DNA from: Promethearchaeota archaeon
GTDB taxonomy: Archaea > Asgardarchaeota > Lokiarchaeia > Sigyniarchaeales > SOKP01
Direction of reading: 5' to 3'
DNA: 53,103 nucleotides
NCBI GenBank assembly: GCA_019894885.1
Contig: JAGXNP010000001.1
Span: 1 to 53,103, forward strand
In this document: one piece after another, positions 45,896 to 53,103 of the stretch
Position numbering within the stretch: position 1 is the first letter of the stretch
Layout of the letters: the number at the start of each line of letters is the position of its first letter
Notes under the pieces: generated by a model
What the model was told of the DNA's origin: nothing
Seen by the model: the letters and a program-made list of their open reading frames with translations, nothing else
Database searches by the model: none
Program-made: the position numbers and the translations under genes

Positions 45896-48895
45896 ATGTC
45901 TAGCATAAAAATAGTATTTAAATACGCCTTAAAAGATCTCGTCCGTCACAAGACCAGGACCTTTATTGGAGTATTAGGAATTACAATTTCTATTGGACTT
46001 CTAGCGTTAATTCTATTTTTATCAGATTCTATAGCAGTTACTTTCATAGATTATCTAAGTATTGATGCCGGTCAACAAGATTTTAATGTTTCCGTAAGGC
46101 ATTATAATGGCGAACCCGATAATCGGTCGAATTATTTCAGTTATCAGCCTATAGTAGAAACAATTCGTAATGATATAGACGAAGTTGAAGCCTTTATTCC
46201 TAGGATGAGCCTATGGGGAGATGTTAACTATTCTAAGGGTTTTGAAACCCAAGAATTAACAAACAGACGGAGAGGAGTAATTATTTCGGGTATAGATTTT
46301 GAATTAGAAAAACAACTTCAATTTGGGAGTTTTATAAAGCCTGGTTCCAACGAATTATTAGAGATACCTAGTTTAACTTTGAATCAATGTGCTATATTTT
46401 ATGGGTTAACCGACGAAATTAAATATACTGAGAACGACACAATTGAAATTAGAATGGAATTATGGCACGGAGATATATACTATTACAAAGTGAAAACATT
46501 TACCATAAATCGGATTTTTGATTTTCAATTGAAATGGCCTATAAATTATGCGAACCAACCTTTGATTGTCGTTGATATTAATACCATTTACGATACCTTT
46601 GGAAACGCGACAATCAATGGAAAATGTAACGAATTAATTTTAACATTGAAAGAAGAAGAAAATTTGTATGACTCAAGGGATATCGAAGGTTCGGAAGATC
46701 GAGTCAAAAAATTAGCGGGGAAAGTTCAACTTTTAATCGGATTAAACGAGTATAACATAGATTTACCCAAATTAGACATTTTAGGTTATTCTGAAATGTT
46801 TAGCGTTGGGTTGACGATAATTTTTGTATTTGTAACAATGATCTCTATGCTAATATCTGGCGTTTTAATTAACGGTATCCTAAAAACTTCTGTTGAGGAA
46901 CGTATAAGAGAATTTGGAATTTTTAGAACGCTTGGAGCAACTAAGCGTTACAATTTGATAATTGTTTTAGCACAAGGATTGTTGCTATGTAATTTTGGAA
47001 CGATATTAGGTATGATATTGGCTCAACTCGCAACGCAATATATTGTACTTCCGATTGCAGGAGCTGTAGTAGCGGAGTCAATACCAGGTTTAGCGGGAAA
47101 TATAATTTTCTCGTCAACTTTTTGGTCTTTTTTAATTGCTTATTTAGTTGGATTAAGTGTAGGGCTTATTGTCAGTATCTCCCCTGCTGTTAAAGTTATG
47201 CAACTCCAATTAATAGAATCTATCCATCCTTATCGTAAGGAGGATGTGTTATATAAACTACAAAAAAAAGCTTCGGTGAACTACAAGCTTCTAATCGTTG
47301 GTGTTATTTTGGCCGCGAATGGAGTGTTTGTGATGTTTGTTATCCCAAGGATATTAAATACTGGAGATGCTGCGTTAATGTCAGGAACACTAATAGTTTT
47401 ACTATTGATATTCTTGATTGGAATGACATTAGCAGGATTGGGAATATTACCTTTAATTTTAAGAACTTTCATCAGATTTTTTCAAGCGTTTACTAAAAAA
47501 TTAGCACCAGTATATAGAATCTTCATATTTAGATATGTCAGAAGGAACTCAAGCACGATATTAACTTTTGCATTTACATTTTCTTTTGTAATATTTACTG
47601 CGAGCGTATTTAGTTTCTTAGGGAACGAAAGTGTGGTGAGTGCCAACTTGAATTATGGCGCAGACTTAGTGATTGAAACAGAGGGGTGGTTCACGCCCGA
47701 AGAAACAGAAAGTTTTAGCTTATTTGGGGATGAAGGTGGTGATTTTCTTAGCACTTCTGTTAATGGACTTAAGACAAGTCAAGATGACGGCTTTTCAGTA
47801 AATCCGAATAGAATCCTCACAAGTGATTTCGAGGAGGAATTATTAAAAATTGATGGTATCGAGAGGATTTCCTCGGTAATCGCCAGCCCTTTCCACTTAA
47901 CACAAATTTACTCAGAAGAAAGTAAAGAATTTACAGCGAAGATTGGGGATTATGCGGGTTTGACTACACAAGAAATAAGCCTTATAGGCGTCGACGAAGT
48001 TTATCCCTCTACAATCAACAATGAATACATGGAATTTACACAAGGGGAAATGAAATTATCTTTCGAACAATTATTTATCGAACAGAATTTCTATACATGT
48101 ATCATATCAGAGGGAATTTCTTTAAGTATGGATATGTATCTCGGAGATATTATTCGAATGGTAATACAGAGGGGGGACGAGTCTGAGATTTATACATTTA
48201 AAATAGTTGGAGTAGCAGCAGCTATGCCAGGCTTTTTTGGGAAATTTGGAAGATCGGCCGCAACGGCTTATATGGGTGGAGTTATGATTTCTCAAGAAAC
48301 TTATATGAGTATTATGGATATTCCCCCAATTCCATACTTAGATAAAATATTTATTAAACTCAATCTCAATGCCAAAAGTTCTTTTAATTTTATCATGAAT
48401 AAAATAGAAATAGAAAATGAGAACTCTTTTGATTTTGAGGTAATAAGTTTGCAACAGAGGATTACGCAACAACAATTATTTTTCACAATTATTAGCGTGT
48501 TTTTCTCTATGACCTTGAATGCGACTGTAATCATCTGTTTATTTGGATTACTATCATCATCTTATTCATCAATTATTGAAAGAAAAAAAGAAATAGCGAT
48601 AATTAGAACCTTGGGTTTAAAAGGGAAAGAAATCGGAAGAATGTTTACTATAGAATCGTTAATTATTATGTTAAGTAGTGGAACAATAGGTATCCTCGTA
48701 GGTTGGGTTACTAGTTTACTTCTAAGTGTGTCTATGAATTTAACTAGCGACTTACCCAATATACCAGCTTTTCCATTAACAGATATGATTGTGATTTTTA
48801 CAATATCGATAATTTTTACTCTAATTGGAATGAAAGTATTACTGAATAAATCTCGAAAAAAGAAAATTGTAGATATTTATCGAGAAACAATGTAG
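45896..48895 (+). CDS. Duplicated FtsX/MacB-type ABC permease (999 aa) with two large extracytoplasmic domains
   Basis: The N-terminal TM FIGVLGITISIGLLALILFL is followed by a ~250-aa loop and an FtsX-type 3-TM bundle (EFGIFRTLGATKRY). The same architecture repeats once (EIAIIRTLGLKGKE). Confidence 0.85.
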   Translation: MSSIKIVFKYALKDLVRHKTRTFIGVLGITISIGLLALILFLSDSIAVTFIDYLSIDAGQQDFNVSVRHYNGEPDNRSNYFSYQPIVETIRNDIDEVEAFIPRMSLWGDVNYSKGFETQELTNRRRGVIISGIDFELEKQLQFGSFIKPGSNELLEIPSLTLNQCAIFYGLTDEIKYTENDTIEIRMELWHGDIYYYKVKTFTINRIFDFQLKWPINYANQPLIVVDINTIYDTFGNATINGKCNELILTLKEEENLYDSRDIEGSEDRVKKLAGKVQLLIGLNEYNIDLPKLDILGYSEMFSVGLTIIFVFVTMISMLISGVLINGILKTSVEERIREFGIFRTLGATKRYNLIIVLAQGLLLCNFGTILGMILAQLATQYIVLPIAGAVVAESIPGLAGNIIFSSTFWSFLIAYLVGLSVGLIVSISPAVKVMQLQLIESIHPYRKEDVLYKLQKKASVNYKLLIVGVILAANGVFVMFVIPRILNTGDAALMSGTLIVLLLIFLIGMTLAGLGILPLILRTFIRFFQAFTKKLAPVYRIFIFRYVRRNSSTILTFAFTFSFVIFTASVFSFLGNESVVSANLNYGADLVIETEGWFTPEETESFSLFGDEGGDFLSTSVNGLKTSQDDGFSVNPNRILTSDFEEELLKIDGIERISSVIASPFHLTQIYSEESKEFTAKIGDYAGLTTQEISLIGVDEVYPSTINNEYMEFTQGEMKLSFEQLFIEQNFYTCIISEGISLSMDMYLGDIIRMVIQRGDESEIYTFKIVGVAAAMPGFFGKFGRSAATAYMGGVMISQETYMSIMDIPPIPYLDKIFIKLNLNAKSSFNFIMNKIEIENENSFDFEVISLQQRITQQQLFFTIISVFFSMTLNATVIICLFGLLSSSYSSIIERKKEIAIIRTLGLKGKEIGRMFTIESLIIMLSSGTIGILVGWVTSLLLSVSMNLTSDLPNIPAFPLTDMIVIFTISIIFTLIGMKVLLNKSRKKKIVDIYRETM

Positions 48896-48911
48896 GAGGA
48901 GATGAAAAACT

Positions 48912-51900
48912 ATGAAATATTCTGAAGAAATTTTAATAGCTTTATTCTTCCTTAGTTTTATTTTTTTCCCGATTTATTACAATTTTAGCAGTCAAGAGTT
49001 TGTAGTTGATAATGAAGAACAATCCAAATTTCAAGAAAAATTTCTAAAATCATCTGATATAGCGGGAACAGATCTCTATGCAGAACAAATTAATGCCTTA
49101 GTGGCAGGGAATAAATCTGTTATTAAACAATCGCTTTTCACCAACGATACAAGTATTCTTCCCAAGTTTGATACGAGAGATCCCGCGTTTGATAAATGTA
49201 ATGTGCTTTTTAGTGTATCAAATGGGATTACGCCAGAATTATTCCCTCGCGTTCTGAATGAGGATGATTATAGGATGCAATATGAAACGAGTTTTAACAG
49301 TTTTTCGGGATTTCTTTATTACGATGAAGAAATGAGAGAAGAAGATATATTGGTTAGGGCAAATCGAGCTCTAGATATCTTAAAAAAGAAATTTGAGATA
49401 GATTTAATAATGATAAACTCATCGAACTCTTATTTCTTTCCATTTATAGGACACCATCCAAATTGGGAGATTTATTTTGATGAGATTACGAAAAATCTAC
49501 CTACGGATGGTTATTGGAAAGCTTTAAATGTTGAGCGTTTAACCTCCGAAGAATATATTAATACTCAACATTTATCTTCAACATTTCTATTGGTAAACTC
49601 CTTGGATTTCTTAGACTATGATGTGTATAGGTCTGTAGATCAGGTGAATTTTAATATTAATTCACTGGATTTAGGGTATTTAGAAAATCTTGAAGTCGAT
49701 AATATATTTGAACAATTTTCTGATATTATCGTTGACTACAATTCCCTTTTCGGAAATTTTTCAGATGTGTTAACCTCCAATCAAACATCGACCCAGAATG
49801 ATTTTAGTGATTTTAGTGATTTATTTAGTTCCCTCACGCTTTCTAATGAATCACATTACACGAGCTTAATGATACAATATGAAGGTTTAGCTCTTGGAAT
49901 TACTGAAGTCAGTGAAGATGAATATCGTTTTAATTTATGGGACGCACTAGGATATCAAGGAGAGTCGCTTAAACCTAGTGAAAAGACATATATTTCTTTA
50001 ATAGGCGCTTTTATGAGTGAAATTAATGTAAATATTTTTTGTACTGATATAAGCGATGCAACACCCTCCTACTTCACACTTTATGACTTTCTATTAGAGC
50101 AAATCGGCTTATTACTTTATTATGCTGAAATAGAGTTCGATATCCAGACATTAAAAGATTATTCGTTTGAATTGTTCTGGGTTAACGACAAAGGATTTAA
50201 GCAAAGTTATATTAAACCAGTAAATCTGAACGACCAAGCAGATGTTATAAATTTCTTGCACCAATACGGAATTCAAGGGTTACCAGGAATACCTACAGGA
50301 ATTTTTAATCCGATTGGCGAGCTAGTTATCACATATAAAATTTCAAATTCTGAACCCAATTTATTAATTACAAAAGATTTAATTGGTGGCAATGCCTCAA
50401 ATGGAGTTTTTAAAGTATTTTCATTTAATATTACAGCCTTAAATGTAGGTAACGAAACAGCTTGGGGGGTTCCAACCTCAATACCCGTAGAACTCGATGA
50501 TATTTTTCCGATAATTTTAGGACCGATCGGAGTGCTTTTAGGACTTGATGAGGATCTAAAAGATTCAATATGGGAAGTTGTTAGAATTGAGTATGCTGGT
50601 CAATACACTTCTTTGGAGGATTTTTTCAACTTTGATGAGAATCCGCGAATTTTTTATTTTGATACAACAGGAGCAGGGATAGTAGATACTTATTTTCCAG
50701 ATCTTAATAATCTTAGTAATTATTTACCCTATAATGAAAATATGGACCATGTAATAGATTTAATTGCAATAGGTAACCCACAATTAATTTCTTCATTAGA
50801 AGCAATAGGTCAATCTTCAGAATCGCTAAAAGATACTTTTACAAATGAAGAGAGTATTTGGAATAGTGAAAATTGGAAGTTAGAGCCAAATGAAGCGTTT
50901 TCTTATACCTATGATAATTTTTCGATTGAAGGGTTTGATACATTTTCTTCTTTTTACAGCTACAATTTTACTCTTAAAGAAGATTTTCCGCAAATACCCT
51001 CGATAATTTCGGGGATATCAGTTGACGGAACTTCTCCTCAAATGGCATTAAACAACGATAACCAAGAATGGATCATCGAATCAGAGCAGAAATATATCGA
51101 TCAACACGAGATCGAGGTACAATTTCTTTTTATGAACGAAACTGTCATTGATCTAGCAAACAATTCTTTAGATAGAATTTCAATTGTTGTTAATTACACA
51201 GACATTAATGATGTGTTGAATTTTGAAATTTTTAATTTTTCCACGGAGGTTTTTCAGGATATTTCCCCGTATTTGACTACCACAATCAATAATACATCGA
51301 CCTACACATTTATTAAAGACCAGGGGACACTTGAATGGATTTTTGATCCTGCCGCCAGAAACAACCATTCAGTTATTTTAAGAATAAAGGGAATGAATTC
51401 TAACAAATTTAATATTTCTATAAATGATTTAGATATAGAATTTTATTACAGAGATGTAAACGAATATACTGTTTTAGGCTCTAGAGTTATTTATACCTCT
51501 TTAAGTGGTAAAGTTGAATACATTAGAGTATCAAATACGATCTCTTTAAGTACTTACAATATGGCTTCTATTACCTCATATGCTTATTTATCTAGCTATA
51601 GTTCAAGTACGGGAGAGATAAATAACTATACGTTAGTTTTTAGCAATATAGGTTCAAATATCGCAAGAAATATTAATATATCAATTATGGTACCTGGAAT
51701 TATTCATAATCCTTCCAACTTTACAATCGAAAAAAACTATTTAATATATAATATATCTGAACTTGCTCCCTCTGAGAAAAAACAAATTTCTTTTTCTTTT
51801 TATGTTCCTAATACAGCTACAATTAGCAATACAACAATTAGCTATAGCAATCTAGAATTTATTCAAAATTTAAATTCTACAACGCTGCAGTCTCAACCAA

Positions 51901-52877
51901 ACGATGTGTATTTTTCTGCTCCAATCGATTATTTATCCCGTAAACCTTATATAAGAACGGTCGAGATATATTGTAATTCCACAATTTTAGCTCCTAAGAT
52001 CGATGAAAAATTTAACATATCAATTTATATTAAAAATACTGGATTTGATGGATTAACGATTCCAAATTTATCCCTTTCGTTTAATGAGCAATACGGAGAT
52101 TTGTTACCTATTGGTAAGAAGAATTTGCTCACACCAGAAATTGCGTATAATGAGACAATAAGTTTCAACATTTCTGTAAAAAAAGATGGATGGAAAGGAT
52201 ACTACTATCCTTCAGTTAATTATTTCAATTGTTTAGAGGAAGAAACGATTCAAATTGCTTCTTCAACGCCATTAATTCTTGGCTTTATCAATTTTTCAAT
52301 ATTAAAATCAGTTAATAGAGATCAAATAGAAATTGGGGATTTTATTATTGTAAACATAACGGTTACTAACACCGGAAATATTTGTGCGAAAAATATTACC
52401 ATTAGTGACGCAATTGGCTTTACAAATATTGAATTTGAATTAATTAGCGGAAATCTTATTTATACTACTACGAGTTTGCTACCAGATGAGAAAATTTCAT
52501 TTTCCTATAAAATTCAAGCAACTAAACAAGCTTTAATCAGTCTGAAACCCGCGAGTATTGAATATTTTTACCTACAAAAAATAATAGAAACATCGAATTC
52601 TATAGAAGTTAAAGTTATAATCCCAGAAGAAATAAATGTTTTGTTTGTACTAGGTCCATCCCTAGCAGCGCTTACTACTTTAACGATTTTTATATGGAAA
52701 ACTAAAAGATACAAAATTAAAAAGTATGAACTTCAGAGAAACGAATTGACACTCTTTAAGGTATCACACAGTGAATCTGTTCTAAAAGTTGAAAATACCT
52801 TAAGAGACCGACTTAATTCACTTTCCAAAGAAGAGAGTATTAATAACAATGGCAACGAAGATGGAGGTGAATCTTGA
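48912..52877 (+). CDS. Giant (1321 aa) membrane-anchored envelope protein with C-terminal DUF11/CARDB-like beta-sandwich repeats
   Basis: A GGAGGAG SD lies 9 nt upstream. It has an N-terminal TM and several units of the type GDFIIVNITVTNTGNICAKNITISD / YTLVFSNIGSNIARNINISI. A C-terminal TM (VLFVLGPSLAALTTLTIFIW) is followed by a ~65-aa charged tail. It has many N-x-S/T sequons. Confidence 0.75.
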   Translation: MKYSEEILIALFFLSFIFFPIYYNFSSQEFVVDNEEQSKFQEKFLKSSDIAGTDLYAEQINALVAGNKSVIKQSLFTNDTSILPKFDTRDPAFDKCNVLFSVSNGITPELFPRVLNEDDYRMQYETSFNSFSGFLYYDEEMREEDILVRANRALDILKKKFEIDLIMINSSNSYFFPFIGHHPNWEIYFDEITKNLPTDGYWKALNVERLTSEEYINTQHLSSTFLLVNSLDFLDYDVYRSVDQVNFNINSLDLGYLENLEVDNIFEQFSDIIVDYNSLFGNFSDVLTSNQTSTQNDFSDFSDLFSSLTLSNESHYTSLMIQYEGLALGITEVSEDEYRFNLWDALGYQGESLKPSEKTYISLIGAFMSEINVNIFCTDISDATPSYFTLYDFLLEQIGLLLYYAEIEFDIQTLKDYSFELFWVNDKGFKQSYIKPVNLNDQADVINFLHQYGIQGLPGIPTGIFNPIGELVITYKISNSEPNLLITKDLIGGNASNGVFKVFSFNITALNVGNETAWGVPTSIPVELDDIFPIILGPIGVLLGLDEDLKDSIWEVVRIEYAGQYTSLEDFFNFDENPRIFYFDTTGAGIVDTYFPDLNNLSNYLPYNENMDHVIDLIAIGNPQLISSLEAIGQSSESLKDTFTNEESIWNSENWKLEPNEAFSYTYDNFSIEGFDTFSSFYSYNFTLKEDFPQIPSIISGISVDGTSPQMALNNDNQEWIIESEQKYIDQHEIEVQFLFMNETVIDLANNSLDRISIVVNYTDINDVLNFEIFNFSTEVFQDISPYLTTTINNTSTYTFIKDQGTLEWIFDPAARNNHSVILRIKGMNSNKFNISINDLDIEFYYRDVNEYTVLGSRVIYTSLSGKVEYIRVSNTISLSTYNMASITSYAYLSSYSSSTGEINNYTLVFSNIGSNIARNINISIMVPGIIHNPSNFTIEKNYLIYNISELAPSEKKQISFSFYVPNTATISNTTISYSNLEFIQNLNSTTLQSQPNDVYFSAPIDYLSRKPYIRTVEIYCNSTILAPKIDEKFNISIYIKNTGFDGLTIPNLSLSFNEQYGDLLPIGKKNLLTPEIAYNETISFNISVKKDGWKGYYYPSVNYFNCLEEETIQIASSTPLILGFINFSILKSVNRDQIEIGDFIIVNITVTNTGNICAKNITISDAIGFTNIEFELISGNLIYTTTSLLPDEKISFSYKIQATKQALISLKPASIEYFYLQKIIETSNSIEVKVIIPEEINVLFVLGPSLAALTTLTIFIWKTKRYKIKKYELQRNELTLFKVSHSESVLKVENTLRDRLNSLSKEESINNNGNEDGGES

Positions 52878-53103
52878 ACCTGAAAAAAGTATCAAAATCT
52901 CTTGTTGTCTTACTTCTCATCCTCGGCTTAAATATCGGTGTTAATCTTCTTTTGGAATTTCAAACTCTAGATTTAAACGGTGTGAATCCTGTGAAACAAA
53001 AAGAATTCTCAGATACTTTACATTTATCAAACAGTGGTAACAAAAATGTAATAGTTTTTTTTAATAATTCAAATTATGATGTAAATGCAAAAAATAGTTT
53101 TGT
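52874..53103 (+). CDS. Partial CDS (N-terminus) of another signal-peptide-bearing protein
   Basis: The TTG start overlaps the upstream stop (TTGA). It translates to LNLKKVSKSLVVLLLILGLNIGVNLLLEFQ..., and the frame is open to the window end. Confidence 0.5.
   Translation, partial: MNLKKVSKSLVVLLLILGLNIGVNLLLEFQTLDLNGVNPVKQKEFSDTLHLSNSGNKNVIVFFNNSNYDVNAKNSF

Noticed and set aside
1-53103. CRISPR arrays, rRNA or tRNA genes, transposases, integrases, prophage or plasmid genes, toxin-antitoxin pairs
   Set aside because: I scanned both strands and found none of the following:
- regularly spaced direct repeats;
- GC-rich RNA-gene-like islands;
- DDE, tyrosine or serine recombinase motifs;
- a recognisable defence-system gene.

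Overview
This is a visibly AT-rich archaeal chromosomal segment. The genes are tightly packed, several starts are TTG or GTG, and some neighbours overlap by 4-8 nt. I saw no rRNA, tRNA, CRISPR array, transposase or integrase.

The gene content points to an Asgard (Lokiarchaeia-like) archaeon, which is an inference. It includes a gelsolin-fold protein, an SDS22-type LRR protein, a SET-domain protein, indolepyruvate:ferredoxin oxidoreductase and ADP-forming acyl-CoA synthetase alpha subunits.

- **1-18.7 kb, fermentation and electron-transfer island:** orphan dihydrolipoyl dehydrogenase, two crotonases, acyl-CoA dehydrogenase, EtfB, EtfA with an N-terminal ferredoxin domain, two HdrD/GlpC-like CCG iron-sulfur proteins, iorB-iorA-acdA, a UbiA prenyltransferase and a TauE permease. 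A 1.1 kb non-coding AT-rich spacer splits the island.
- **18.9-44.5 kb, accessory-looking mix:** a 1013-aa surface protein, hydrolases, MFS transporters, a gelsolin/HeH fusion, and a 988-aa double-wHTH/TPR protein. The TPR gene is divergent from an odd A-tract-punctuated trio of small ORFs. This stretch also holds DJ-1/PfpI, SET, a flavin reductase, a TPR gene with three in-frame stops, a second acdA-like gene, three glycerophosphodiesterase paralogs around an LRR gene, a zinc-ribbon protein and a bacterial-type RNase III.
- **44.6-53.1 kb:** a MacB/FtsX-type ABC transporter followed by a 1321-aa DUF11/CARDB-like envelope protein and the start of another secreted protein.

The best candidates for undescribed biology are:
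- the wHTH-TPR plus small-ORF locus, which has an RRNPP-like layout;
- the gelsolin-HeH fusion;
- the FtsX-ABC plus giant envelope protein cluster;
- the in-frame-stop TPR gene.

All functional calls rest on motifs I recognised by eye. No database search was run.
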